Assembly (NCBI GenBank): GCA_051362555.1
Contig: CM120648.1
Span: 17,232,587 to 17,296,586, forward strand
DNA length: 64,000 nucleotides
Direction: 5' to 3'
DNA from: Lingula anatina
Lineage: Eukaryota; Animalia; Brachiopoda
Positions 1 to 14,006 of the stretch are shown here, one piece after another. Numbering within the stretch: position 1 is the stretch's first letter; the number at the start of each line of letters is the position of its first letter. The position numbers and the translations under genes were made by a program. The notes beneath the pieces are model-generated. The model did not search any database. It saw nothing but the letters and a program-made list of their open reading frames with translations, and was not told where the DNA came from.

Positions 1-446
1 ATTTACTGTTACTAAAAAAAGGAACAAATAACACAGTATTGAATTTTACGAGAACTAGAATGTGATTAGTATGGTACTTACAGTCACAGTAGTTTCTTTT
101 AATGGTAGTCTCTTGGCAGTTGGCAATAAATCATCTACATTAAGGGGTGAAGTTGTTATCGGCGCCAAATTATTTCGACGCTTAAGAGGCACTTGAATGT
201 TTCCCACTAACCTGAATCAGGGCAGCGTTGTTGTATGTGCCTCTTACTGGTTAATATACTGTAAATATACTTGTCTTTAAGGGTGCTGCTGCTGGATAAG
301 AGGAATACAAGTTAATGATGAAAGTACTGCTAAGTGTGAACTTTCAGTTTGGCAACCGATCTAGCTTCTTGTTTTTTAGAGTTTCCAATGTTATATAGTA
401 TTTTGTCATTCCTTCATGTTGATATTCCCTATAGCATTTATATCAG

Positions 447-596
447 GCCTGCTGCGAATTTGCAGCAAGATTATTGCAAACTGTAATTCTTTCTTGCCAA
501 TTTGCAGCAAAATTGCTGCAATATGGCTGCAAATTTTGCTTGCAAACTTGTTGCTTCAAACTGCAGTCTTGCTGCAAACTTTTTATTTTGCTTAGG
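447..596. mobile_element. Truncated element remnant made of TTGCAGCAA/TTGCTGCAA short repeats (CMC/EnSpm-like subterminal array)
   Basis: Dense direct and inverted TGCAGCAA/TTGCTGCA/TGCAAA motifs over about 150 bp; only one end is recognisable. Confidence 0.35.
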
Positions 597-3500
597 ATAT
601 GATTCAAAACTTTAAGAATACACGCATAGCTGGCAGATTTAATTTTGGGTAAAAGTAGGGGTGGATAGAGAGGCCAGGGGTTAAACTTCATTACCTCGAA
701 AAAACTACAGTAGTTGGACACAGTTTTACTTTTACGAGTAGGGCACAATTAGTTTTGTCTTCTTATACATTTTATTTTCTTCTGCCGCTGTTCTCAGAAT
801 TCTATGCGTATGCAGCTTTTTCTGAATCTATGTAGGGAGTTAGAAGTGAAGAAGCAGAATGTTTTATGAATGATATGTACATGTAGATGGGTCACGCCGT
901 GTCATTCCCATAGCGAGCGGTTTTCATCTTGGTCAATAGAATATTCTATTTCTCAACAGCTGGAAATTGGAGGAATAATAATAATAATAATAATATTGGT
1001 ATAATAATAATAATAATAATAATATTGGTATAATAATAATAATAATAATATTGTTATTATTATTAAGAGTAGTAGTAGTAGTAGCAGTTGTTGTGGTAGT
1101 ACTTAGAATTCGTTTTAAATCCTACTTTGTGTCGCTTTAATTGGAAAAGAAATCCACTGCCTGCATACATCACATGTACAGCTCAAGAAATGTTTCTATC
1201 CTGCTTTTTCGAAGCACTTATTTGAAAGTGGCATAGAGTATCCACGTTCTCCGCGTTTTTTTTACCCGACATTTATTTTATTGCAGCACCATTACTTGTA
1301 TACGTTCGATTAGTTACGACTCCTCTTTCCATTTTTTGAACAACATTATATTTATGTGTTCTACTTAGTGCAAAGCGTCTATACCCCAGTGCGTAGAAGC
1401 GTGTCCGTGGGTGCTTCTGGTACGTGTTCTTATGTTCTGCCGAGTGTATTTCACAGCATGGAGTTCTGCCAGCCGATACCCTTTACGGCACTCCTGGAAT
1501 TACCTTCAGTACACATTGCCGCGTGCTGCACCCTTTTAAAAATATCACATTCCCTTTACAACTGTACTATTAGGAACAAGTTTAGCAATACAAGTGTTTT
1601 ATTGTGCTTTAAGATGTATGGTAGTGACAGACCTCCTGTATAAGCAATGCCAGAAATACACATCGACTGAACCGCGCGCGCTCATGACGAGCTTGCAAGA
1701 ATGGCCTATGCATGGAGTCGAATAGCCCGACCTTGACTTTGGCCAATTAATAGGGACACTACATGTACACAAGCTAACCCTGATTAACCTGACATCTTGT
1801 ACTAGTGATTTTGACTACTTAACGATGGTCTGACTACAAGAGCCAAGCCAATTATTGGAAATGGCGCTGTACACGCTCCGCTGTAAGGCAAACCCAATTA
1901 GGAATGAAGTTAAGAGATACAAGCCACATAATGATCTTGTTAACTTGAGTGATTTAATTTTGGCTGAGTGTATAGTAAAAGAAAAACAACAACATTATCT
2001 AGCCCCATGCAGAGAATAAATAAGATTAAAGGCTGGATTCACATCAGTGGTTATTGAAATCATGATATCAGCCTTACTTTCTTATGGAACCGGTTTCAGC
2101 CTAGATAATTCTTTCGTCGAGTTCGATACGACATTGGTATGTGACTAGTCATGTTGCCAGAAAATATTTGATAGCATCAGCTATAAGCGTAGTTCAGTAG
2201 TAGCGCTGTAAAAACATTTCATTTTCATATTCTCTAAACTGATTATATGTAAAATCGATCTTTGGGACGTATCCCGATTTTCCAGCGTAATCCATAATCC
2301 TTACATCCCTGTATTAAAATGGTTTGGTCCCCGCAGGGCAGACGACCACGTTAGAATAGCGTGAATATATGCACTGTCAATATCTAAGCGTGACTGCAGA
2401 GGATGTTGCAAGTTGTGTTCTTTTTGCTGCACGAAATCATTCAAATGAGTCGAAATCAGAGAAAACGGCAGATGTGTGCTTCGTTAATCAGGGCTTATAA
2501 GCAGTAGGCATTTTATTCATCGTGACTTTAAGCCATTTTCAGGAACTGCAGAAGACACCAGTTTTAATAGCAACTGCGCGTTGCAAGCGTTTAAGAGAAG
2601 AAAGACAGGTAGGTCCCAGAACTGACTTTGTGTTCAATCGATAAAATATCTTGATTAACAAATATAAGAACACGCAAGTGATTATTCAGACAACGACGAT
2701 ATATAGTGTATATAGTTTATTCACTAGTCACAGCCTGGTACTGGAAGAGGTTTGTTCACTGAACTTTGAATTATGATCAGTAAGCATAATTACATCAGGG
2801 AGTTAGACATCTCTACCAATTAGATTGTGTGTTACGTCACTATTGACTTCTAAGGAACAGATGAAAAGTCAAATAAAAGACGGTTTGTAATAAGGGAGGC
2901 GAGACCTGCTTGCGGGATTTGTATTTCAACCTTTCTGTCATTAGCTTTGATTCCTATCTATTCACCCTGAGCACTACAGAGAACAGAAAACTATAAGCTC
3001 TACTCTGAGCGTTCCTCTGCCGTCTCCTGTTGTGGCAACTATATCTTTGATCGGTGGAGATATTTGACTTTGTCTCGAAGACACGATGGAGTTTGTATCG
3101 AAATAACGTCGCAGGCTGTTGCGTGTAGCCGACATTCTTGGTGTAGTCCATTTTGTCCAGGTTTTATTATCACAAGTGCCAGTGATGTCTCCTTCTCTTG
3201 GGTGCCACCGTATACATTGACATGTGTGTTTTAAAACGAGGTGGGACGCTGATACATATATGCACGGTTCATACAGGAAAAACGGCAGCTCAGGTAATTT
3301 GCTACATTCATTTCATTATTTCAACTTTTCTTCTGATATCATTTCACAATATGGTAATCACCATTGGCCTTCTTTGTTCGTATGCTGTGTAAACATACAT
3401 TATGCAAAGCCATATGTCTTTTGCTTTAAAAATGCATGTATATCTGCGGTCGCCGAGAAAGTTCTGGTGACATTTAGCGTCCTCGAGGTCACATTTGTCA

Positions 3501-4362
3501 TCGTCATCGTGGCCCACGTTAAGCGACGCAGGGGGTTGTGCCAAAATTTTCCTGCCGCATTGGCATTGCAGGTTCACAGGGTCTAATATAAGAATCTACA
3601 AGCCAATCAGAACAGAGACAGTGATCAGAAACTGAATTAAGGACAATAGTTTAACTGTTCAGGGTTAAGTTTGACTGCTCCTTCCCTAAAGTAAAGAGCC
3701 AATGTTGCCGCCTGCCCACTTTTTTTTCAGATTGGAGCTGTTCTAACGCGAGCACTCCCCCCCCCCCCCCCCAAATCCTCAGTCCTCTGTCCAGACGATC
3801 CAGTTGTGACATCTCAGCCTTTTAGTCTCAAATCTTCTGGTTTCTGCTGTGATGCTCCTTGGAAGCTTTACTCTGCCCGTACATTCGTCCACGTCCACAA
3901 ACCTTAGCTTGGTTTTGTACCCCTCGCTCCTAAACCTGTCTAGCCATATCAAACCAATAGCTCTCAAACTCTGAAAAGTTGATGCATAATTCATACACTT
4001 TGATAGCCACGTTTTTATCAATAAAGTGGGATAATGAAGAGAATCGATAGCTGGCAGGTAAATGAGATGCTCTGTACTATTACACCTGGCTAAAACTACA
4101 CAGCCCCAGTAGGTTTCAGAGTTACGCCGCTGAGAATATTATTATTATTATTATTATTATCATTATTATTGTTATTATAGGAAATGGCAAACAAGCGTTT
4201 TATGATAGACACTAAGGTCAGTTACGTCCTCAATTATCTTAACAGGCACCGACTTATCCGTGGTGTAGAATAATGTCAGAAGCCACGTGACTGTCGCACT
4301 GTCACCGTTTATAAAATAGGACTTAATCCCTGCATTCAATCATTCAATACTTAGTCAAAAAT

Positions 4363-4414
4363 TTCAATCATTAGATCCTTAATCAATGAATTCAATCATT
4401 AGATCCTTAATCAA
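4363..4414. repeat. 28-bp tandem duplication
   Basis: TTCAATCATTAGATCCTTAATCAAT occurs twice. Confidence 0.85.
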
Positions 4415-4682
4415 TAGATGTAATCAATGTATCGGAAGAGTTAGGTTGGGGACACCTCGCTAAGGGGCATCGCGAGATACTGACCGAGCTTGACCGTGTA
4501 GTGTACACCTACATGTAGCTGGCTATCTGGAATAGATTCTAAGAAAACCTTTTAGTGAATGACGTATATTTTTATTTTATAGACGTGGGTGATATATATG
4601 TGGATTGTAAGCAATTATGCAGTTTTAGTGGTAGGCGTACTTTGTAGACATGTGGCAAGAACCTGAGCTCAATATGGAGAGT

Positions 4683-4905
4683 AGGGGGGGGGTTGGCGAG
4701 AGCGAGAATATGAAAGAGAATATAAGAGAGAGAGATAGGGAGAGAGAGGGAGAAAAAGAGAAAGAGGTAGGGAGGGAGAGAGAGAGAGAGAGGGAGGAAT
4801 GGAGACAGAAAGAGAGAGAAAGACAGAAAGAGAGAGAGAATGAGAGAGAAGGAAAGAGAGAGAGAGACAGACGGTGGAGGGAGAGAGAGGGGGGGAGGGG
4901 GTGGG
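4683..4905. repeat. GA-rich polypurine low-complexity tract
   Basis: Imperfect (GA)n with G-runs; the source of the spurious ERER/LSLS ORFs. Confidence 0.9.
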
Positions 4906-5398
4906 TAGAAACTGTTGTGCGGAATTCTCCTTACTTTTTCCATACATCTGCAACGTGGATTAATCAATTCTGATCTTTGCATAAAACTACTGCATTCTCA
5001 ATTTCTACAAGTAAGTCGGATTTCACATGTCATATGTCAGAACGCGACCGCGATGCGGGTTTTATGCGAAATAATTCACCAATGAACCTATCAACAGAAA
5101 ATGATATTAGCTTGGGGAATTTAGATCGGGGATATTATTTCTGATTAAACAGGTGTACCTCATAACCTTCCCCTGCAGCTGTGGTTTTTGCTCTCCCCGT
5201 TTTTCATGACGTTGTAATAAACATCCTGCCCCGGCTACCAGTGGCTGCTGGCCTTGGCGCTGTTGTTTGAAGTGCTGTCGTGTTTATGAAGTTAGGTGAC
5301 GTGACGTGAGTAATGACGTGATGGAATACATGTGCGCGTGATCGTGATGGAATGCTTTAAGTGTGCGTGTATGCTCATGCGTGCAGGAGAGGAAGAAA

Positions 5399-5414
5399 GT
5401 GCGCGCGCACGCGC

Positions 5415-5470
<56 letters not shown>
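5399..5470. repeat. Compound microsatellite (CG)n-(TG)n-(AG)n
   Basis: GTGCGCGCGCACGCGCG(TG)n(AG)n read directly. Confidence 0.95.
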
Positions 5471-5475
<5 letters not shown>

Positions 5476-8094
5476 TTCCCTACACCAGTAGACTGACACT
5501 TTAGTCTATCCTTTCCGTCCCCCACAGATTATAAATCCTGTTAGTGCGCAGAAAGACATAAATGTGGCAAAGAAAATCTAATAATTCCGGGAAATCACGT
5601 GCAGAATTCGGACACGCAGACGTGCAGTGGCATGCGAAATGGAAGTCGGAGGAACACCCTCTGGCGTTCTACGATAAAATCCATTTCCACGCACTCAGAC
5701 ACATAATGCATATTTGGACTACCTTCCATTTGTATTCCATGAATGACAATAAAAGACTGGAAGGCAGGAAATTTGACAGAGTGCTCTGTTTTGCATAGTT
5801 TTTAACATTTTTTCCTTTACATTGTCACGCAACAAACCATTGTTCGTAGGACATAAGGATTATAAGAACGGGAAACGCTGCGTTCTTGTTGTCTACCCGC
5901 GCCAGAGTTGATTTGTCTCTTAGCTAATGGACAGGGGGTGTTTTATAGTTCTTTTCAGATTAGGATTAAATTTTAGGATCTCAATTATAAAAGAATAACC
6001 TGCGTGTTGGCCCAGGTCGTCATATAAAAAAATGATTATTCTTTTTTTTTTTTTGTTATTTGCAGTCTAAAAGAACGGAGCTCACATGTTCTACGTCTCG
6101 CTTTCTTTCCAGCACGTCTATCTGCATCCCTTCGCTTCGGTGAGCGCTCCAAAGCAGTTGCCATTTCTGCGCTAAGATCACTGTGATAAAATGTAGTAAC
6201 ACAAATTCCCTAGCCACCGCTAAAGCTTATTTTAAAGTACATGTACTTGTAATTAAACAACAAATGCTTCGCCTCTTATTACAATCACTTCTAGAGACAA
6301 TTTATTTGATTTTGGGACAGTAAAAATCACTTAGATTCATTTCCCTAGGGGCATGGGTTCTTCTGCAGTACTGCCACGTACGCTAACCTTAGTGAACTGA
6401 GAGCCCCAAAATACTGACTAAACAACTGCGGTGTATATTTTCCTGCGAGCTAAGATCATGGTGCGTCCAAGTCTGTTGCAAAGCACGAGCTGAAGTCGTA
6501 TTTTCGATAATAATAATAATAATAATAAACTTGGATGGATGATCGTACCTTGAGAGGACATCGTTTATTCAAAGCATTAAACGATGTTTTGAATTTTTTG
6601 TCACGGCTCACAATTTTTTTAAGTTAAATTATTTTATGTATAAAAATATTATAATGTAATTCTAAATGTACTCTTTCATTCAATGTTTTGACCATAGTTT
6701 TTTTTTTTCATTTTTATTTTTAAATCAATTAAGTCTTAATGTTTTAGTATGTGAATGTTTTGGCATTGTCAGGCGATAGGCCTACTGAACTTTCAGGGAT
6801 GTCAGACTTAAATCTTCTTTTTCTTTTTCTTATTATTCATATTCCTATTTATATTATTATTATTATTATTTTATTATTATTATTTCTGGTCAGTTCAACA
6901 CCATCTGGTGGAAACAGACGCTGTATAACGTATTTCTGCTCTATTTTTTCATCATTATCATTGCACTGCGCTCACATTTTCATCCGTCATAGCACAAGTT
7001 CATGATGCCATTGTACCGGGACAGCCGCTCATTTACCGTAATCTAACCTTACCTTTCTCTTTCCTGTTCTAAGAGAAATATTTCCTCCCTTAGGAGAAGT
7101 AATCTTAGTAAGTTATCGCCTGTTCACATCAGAGTAAGACATTGTACAGATAGTTCGATACATGTAGCTAGCTGTAGTATGTATGTTATTTCCTTTCTTA
7201 CCGCCTTAACAGCAGGGGTTTATGTCCCTACTGTTTTACGGAATAGCGTATATTTACATCTAACACTACCTGTATTGGTTTACTCATGCTGTTTTCTGAT
7301 ATCAGCCCCGATATTTTATTTTTACAACTGCGCTTATGTTTTACTATATTTGCAAAGAGAGGTTGATGAAAGCGCCTCTATAACTTTTCCCATTTTTTTC
7401 CATCAACTGCTTATCGAGAATCCCTCTAACGTTTAAGGTTCAACTCGTTATGGTTTGGAAACACGGCGGTTGGGAAGACGGAGATGTTTTTCATTTTTTA
7501 TCTTTCTTTATTCTTAGATCTGCTTTGCTCAGCAGCAGTGCGTTTATAAAACAGTTAAAGAGCATATGTGTGTTTTCACCTTGCCCGTGTAAATGCTCTC
7601 ATATAATGCTCCCTCCACGTGCTAGCCGTCACTGAGGGCGACATCATTTATACCGCGTGGCGTTCCCCGGGCGCCCACAGAGACTACAAGGACGGCCATA
7701 TTACAGGAAGTGGACGTGCTCTAATGGCAGATATATTGGACCCCTTCAGTTAGGGTACACTTTAAAGACAGAATCCCACCTGGTGTACGTCGTAATAGAC
7801 ACTGAATTGTGGCTTTGGTGCGTTGACCATCAGCACTCAATACGCCTCCATCGACTTCGCCACCAGCTAATCCCACATAATTCAAACTACACGTGGAGAC
7901 CCGGGGCGTAGGTGCTTCATAATTACTCGTTCTCTTGTCCCGATACCACACATGGAGGTCTTCTTAACGAAATTGCCGTTAGTTACTTGTGATTGCGATG
8001 GCCTGATTGTGCGGCCTTAAACATACTGGTCGAGAGCACTACATAATGAACTGCGAGACGTTTAAAATGTTTTATATCTGTCAAATCATTTATC

Positions 8095-8131
<37 letters not shown>

Positions 8132-8926
8132 GTTGTTGTTGTTGTTGTTGTTATTGTTGTTGTTGTTGTTGTTGTCATCTATGCATAGTGTTGATTTTAG
8201 TATAACACTTACCAAATGACTCGATACATGTTGGCTCTCGTTCTTGCCCTGTTATAGCAAAACTTGAACGTTACCCTGACTACCCATACCCATTTCTTAA
8301 AACAAGTTTCTCTGTTGTTAATTACTTTATAAACATGACCATTTTCAAGGCCATACAGATCGCTAGATACACGACGATGACAAGTAGACCCATGAACTAG
8401 ACAGTGCAGATTGTTACTGCGGCCTAATTACTTGTGCCATGCTAATCCCACAGGAACACGCTCAGAATTAATGGGCTTGTTTAAGTCTGGTTACTTGATG
8501 CCGTCTCATGTACGGCGTCTTAATGGAGCATTTTGCGCCGCTGTAATGTGACATCTCCTCGAACTTTCTCGGAAACTGTATGGAAAGTAGATTAAAAGGC
8601 GCTTAAACATATGACACGGGGTAAAGAGCACTAATTTCCTTAATGAAAAAATCAAGTCCCGTTTGCAGTGCAAGTATAGTTACATGTACGAAGAGCAAGT
8701 CCCAATTGGATTTGGTGAAGACTTGTTCATCTTACGTAAATTGAAGTCATACTCTAAGGCTCTGAATTAATTATAATAACACAAACCGGAACTTTGAAGC
8801 ATAGGCTAAACATGCGCATCATGTAGGCAACATGGGATCCTCCTCTCCGGATGTTGTCATGGCCTCTCACCCGTAGATTTGTTCTCTATGATGCGTGACA
8901 TAATAGTCATTTTGTCTGCTAAGGCT

Positions 8927-8930
<4 letters not shown>

Positions 8931-8997
<67 letters not shown>

Positions 8998-9056
8998 TGT
9001 GTGTATATGTGTGTGTGTATGTAAATGTGCGTGTGTGTGTGTGTGTGTGTGTGCGT
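8931..9056. repeat. (TG)n microsatellite, imperfect
   Basis: Read directly. Confidence 0.95.
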
Positions 9057-9459
9057 ACATGCACATGTATTTGAGAGTGAGTGATTGGTATACATAACAC
9101 ACATTGACAGGAGCTCGGAATTATAAAAAAAGGAGAAAATTCATATTTTCTCCGAGGTACTATCTTGGATTACTATTGTTAGGGCTGCCTGGTTAGACGG
9201 CAGTGTCCTCAACAGCACGCTTACTTGCACTTGCTCACTTTATTAGTGCGCAAGAATTCGTCAAAGGCAATATTGATATTAATTCCTATGACAAATAATG
9301 ATGGTTTTGTCAATGTATGCCTGCTTTATGTCACCCTGAACACGGAACGATGACGACCTTCTTCATTTACGAGCTACGAGCATCTATCTTAATTTTGTTG
9401 ATCGATCTTAGTGTCCCTCTTTGTCCCGGAAATAAATCAGATGCACTCGAGTGAAAATG

Positions 9460-9482
9460 GTGTGTGTGTGTGTGTGTGTGTA

Positions 9483-9549
<67 letters not shown>
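9460..9549. repeat. (TG)n(AG)n compound microsatellite
   Basis: Read directly. Confidence 0.95.
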
Positions 9550-9552
<3 letters not shown>

Positions 9553-10235
9553 GTTTGTCTTATTATGTGAATCGTTTTTAATATTAATTAATCAACAAAT
9601 TAGACAGTTCAGATTAATTAATTAGTTATTTAATTTATTGGATTGTTTGTTTGGTTTTTATTAATTATGTACCATGACCACGCAGACCTGCGGATCGAGA
9701 CATTCTACGAATGTCTTTCCTCTCCCAATCTGTAACATAATGTCACTCCATTTTCTCATTATCTGAAACAAACGATAGTTATGGCCAAATGATGACAAAA
9801 AATTACTTTCCCGCATTGCTTTGGCTCACATCATATGTTATTCGGTGCGTTGCGTTTTAGTATAAGGCAAATATATCACGAAATCCATTGTGATATAAAA
9901 TAGACATGTTTTTGTCATCAATCATGAATTTTTCTGGAAACTTGGCATATGCTGGAGTATGCTTCTCCTTGTCTAGGCGCTTAACATGGACGCATTCCTT
10001 GGTAAACCTCCCACTACGTCGCATTAAAAACTGATGCCGCGTTTGTCCCGTAGTTTGTTCTGTTTACCCGTAGAAGGCAGTTGTGCGTGTTCTAACAAAT
10101 TACATTTGAGACTGGCTTCTCGGAATTCTGCCAAATGTACACTAACTTGTATAGATACAGTAACTGCGGTTGTAGACAGAAGTTGATAAATTATCACCAT
10201 TTTACTGGATACGTATATTGTTCATAATTAGATTC

Positions 10236-10310
10236 CACACACACAAACATACACACATACATACACACACACATGCACACACACACACACATACACACAT
10301 ACACACTCAT

Positions 10311-10353
<43 letters not shown>

Positions 10354-10387
10354 TACACACACACACACGCACTCATGCGCACGCACA
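10236..10387. repeat. (CA)n microsatellite, imperfect
   Basis: Read directly. Confidence 0.95.
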
Positions 10388-11131
10388 AAAAGAAACACCA
10401 GTTTTTAATATTGCTAAAAATGTTATATTCATACAAAAATAAGGCTGCAGTCCTGTACCTATTCCGTAAGAACTTTTCTCTAACGTGACAGGATTGCGGC
10501 AAGTTTTTTTGCCTTGTATAAGTTGTCCCAGGACCTTCAATATTAAGCATACTTTTTATCTGTCTTATGGCAATTTTGGTTTAATTGAAATGCCTTAGAA
10601 GAGTTACATGTAGGTTCAATAATTGCTGTTATATTCAACTTTTTTTCCCTAATAAGATAGGCTTTTGTATTTTCAGATATGAAATTTTGATTTGTGAAAA
10701 CAATTGATAATTGACGAGATTTGCTCCCCGGAACATGTCACATGTATGATGGTATTAACGGAGGATTGCATAATATCTGTTTCCATTAGACCCATTAAGG
10801 AAAATTAAGAATCAATACTTCCACAGAGCTGTTCAGTGTTGACGCAGATTGGATGGTCTTTTATATACAACCAAGTCTATAGATGACAAAATCCTGATAG
10901 CAATTGGGTGTTTTTTCTTGTTTTTTTTTTAGTTTTCTTTTGGTAGTGGATTTTCATAAAATGCATATGTATAAATGTGGTCGTCGTCTTCAAAAAGCCG
11001 CAGATATACAATATCTTCTAAGCCCGCCATTCTCGTATCTTTCCACTAACTCGGTATGGCAATCATATGGTTTAAGTTTTAATCTCAAGTTACTTTAATT
11101 CAAAGTCGAAGTATTAGAATTTAAAGCTTGA

Positions 11132-11290
11132 CAGGCCCGTAGCCAGCAATTTCAAAATGGGGGTACTTTTTCCGAAAAAGTGGACTTTTTACAATGAAAC
11201 GTTTGTGTACATAGATCAAATTTTACCGAGAATGGACCTTTTTCTGGCAAAATTGAAAGGTCCATTCGAACCCTCCTGGCTACGTGCCTG
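11132..11290. mobile_element. hAT-like MITE (159 bp)
   Basis: TIR CAGGCCCGTAGCCAG ... CTGGCTACGTGCCTG (14/15); internal repeated TGGAC(C/T)TTTT. No clean 8-bp TSD. Confidence 0.6.
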
Positions 11291-13216
11291 AGTCACTAAT
11301 ATAGCTATATTGCGTTGCTATAGTTAGATGACATTTTGGAAAATGACTTTTTTGAACCCACGGGCTATATTAATTCATCCTTCCATCCTTCCATCCTAAG
11401 TACACATTCCAGACCATAACATTGGTGATAGAATTCTAGATGACGTTTCATAACAGGACATGAACAATTTTCATGTCCATCATTATTTCTATTATTTGTA
11501 CATTTTGAAAACAGATGAGTTAATGCTTTGGACCGGCATCCGTTACGTGAAACATTTTACTGTATGCTCTAACCACCACATTGGGATCGTAATTCACAGT
11601 TAGCCTGAGATGACTTCCTCCAAATTAGTGAATCTATTTCAAATGGCCCCTATTCTCTGTCTGATATCAATTATTTCGTACAGATAATGTTCCCATTTCA
11701 TCTGTGCGATAATTTATACTTAATTAATAATTACAATTGCACGTGTTCTCTTATTATTGGAAGAGAAGTCCCCGATCATTGTCGTCAGATTATATGTGAA
11801 CCTGTTAAATGTAAATAGATAGTTGTATTAAAATGTCTGCTTGATAAACACTCATGTGAACAAACTGCATAGATAGCTTATTCACATTAATAGAAATATA
11901 AACAGGAACGTTTTCCTAAATGGCCAAATTTTACACATATATATGCGGACTAACTTATTTCCCATACTAAAACCTTGTGTGTTACCAATACTTGTTCATC
12001 TAATCCAACTGACTCTTTTTCTGTGCATTTTCGCTTTTCACTCATTTGTGTAATTTGTGTCGCAGTGTACACTTATCTATATTAAAACTATTTGTTTAGA
12101 TTTTTAATTAATTAATTAAAAATAAATAAATAAATAAATAAATGAGTAATTTAATCACTTTAAGTTAATGGTTTAAAAGATAGATGTACATATTTATGTC
12201 TAATTTTTTGAACCAGCTGATAAATTCGTGTCTATGTTCCCGTTTGGCGTTATCAGCTTTCATTTCCGGGAGTTAACGGCGGAACACCGGGAAATAACAG
12301 AAAGATCGTGATCCATGAAATATTTCGACCAATCCATGTCTTGCATTCTCTCTCTCCATCCGTGTTACCAGACGCCCAAAGTTACACACACACTAAGTGC
12401 AAACAAACTTATTTTCGTACAACTCATCACCAGTATATAGTTTTGACAGTATTGGCAGTGTTCGGCAGCAGTTGATACACTTATCTTAATGCCATTTGGC
12501 GCGACACGTTATCAGCCCCTTGGGGTACAGACGGAGAACGATTGCCACGCGGCCTTGTCAATTTAATACAAAACTATGAGCAGAAGTACTAACAGAATAT
12601 TTCAGTGATAAGAGGTACGTAGAGGAGGGGTGGCACTATTAACGCCAGATACGCCAGAATTCCCGTAATTGATGGTATTGACATTGTAGCGTTATGGATG
12701 CTATAAATGTAACCACGCTACTCCCGAAGGCATCTCTGAATTATCAAACTTCAGATAAAAAAGGAATATATTGATATATTTTCTTCGACATTGTCATAAG
12801 CTATAGATGGCATTATTATAGATTGCAAACGCGATACTAGTGAAATAAGTCTGTCTAACCGTCACCCGCTGAGTGAACCAACTTTGATAATCTTTCATAG
12901 ACGCAACAAGTAATGCAGCGTGTATCTCAGAGGTATTTGCCAACAACAAAACGTCATCTCATCATTTTTCTCTGTTTCTCTCTCTCTCCATATATTTTTC
13001 TCTCCCTTTCTCTCTCTTTTTCCTCTCTCTCTCACTCTCTTTCTCTTTCTCGCCTTCACCCCCACCTCCACCTCTCTCGCATTCTGTCACTATCTTGTGA
13101 AGCGGCGCTGCCTTCCCGCGTCGTGTATATCCATCTAGAATCCTGTTCCCTGCTATCTGAGATTTTGACTTGGTTTCTCTCCCCCCCTCCCCCGTATCTC
13201 TCCCCCCTCTACCTCT

Positions 13217-13256
<40 letters not shown>

Positions 13257-13935
13257 GACATCGCCCGCGCACATCTCCATGAGAATCCTGTTTCCCGTTA
13301 TCCGAGTTTTACGCTTGGTTTATATTATCTTTCCCAGGCGTTCTTTCCCCTTTGGGCAGCGGTAAAGTTCATCTCAGAGTACGAATGGCCGCAGATGGAC
13401 ATCATAATCACTAATTCTAAAAAATATATACGCTGACAATGCTGATGAGAAATAATTCCAAAAAATATATAAATAATAAAACAAAATAGGGGAAAAAAGC
13501 ACGGAAAAAGATCTGTAAATCGGCCTCAGGCAAAATCCATCCATGAAGACGTAAATTGTACATTACACCTATTTTTATTACGTAATGCACCACGTTGCAG
13601 ATGTCTTTATTAAGTTGTGTGTTTGCTTTTTTTTTCTCTAGACACACGCCATTCTGCATGTTTCCGGGAGTCTAAATGATTTTATTGTCATCATGTTTCC
13701 TTCTCCGTGGGGTTTAGCATGGGTCAATATACGGTCGTTTTGATGCTATATTAATTCTTTCACTGAGCGGTTTGACCAGCAAGAGAGGACAGGCATATAT
13801 ATGTATACGTATCACGTCATCGCACAGGTTCACATCATGTTTCTAGAAAAGTTCCGCTTTGTTTAAGACATAAGACCAGATATAAGTACGAATTTGCGCC
13901 AAAGATTTTGAAAGTGGTAGATATTTTATGATAAG

Positions 13936-14006
13936 ATAATAGTGAAATATTACGGATAAAATAATAGTGAAATATTACGGATAAAATAATAGTGAAATAT
14001 TACGGA
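13936..14006. repeat. 25-bp tandem repeat, about 2.8 copies
   Basis: Unit ATAATAGTGAAATATTACGGATAAA. Confidence 0.92.

Noticed and set aside
3779-4021. DVDEC motif suggesting a calcium-binding EGF exon
   Set aside because: The remaining EGF cysteine spacing is absent and there is no acceptor AG at the expected position.
4572-4982. ORFs over GA/CT, CA/TG, TA and ATT tracts (also 5284-5525, 8857-9104, 10194-10550, 12913-13436, 35541-35847, 42302-43052, 56197-57038)
   Set aside because: Low-complexity translations of microsatellites (ERER, LSLS, HTHT, CVCV); not genes.
7657-7951. GC-richer stretch with short ORFs on both strands (similar cases at 38064-38402, 39978-40347 and 41045-41290)
   Set aside because: No recognisable domain or consistent splice signals; cannot be called without a homology search.
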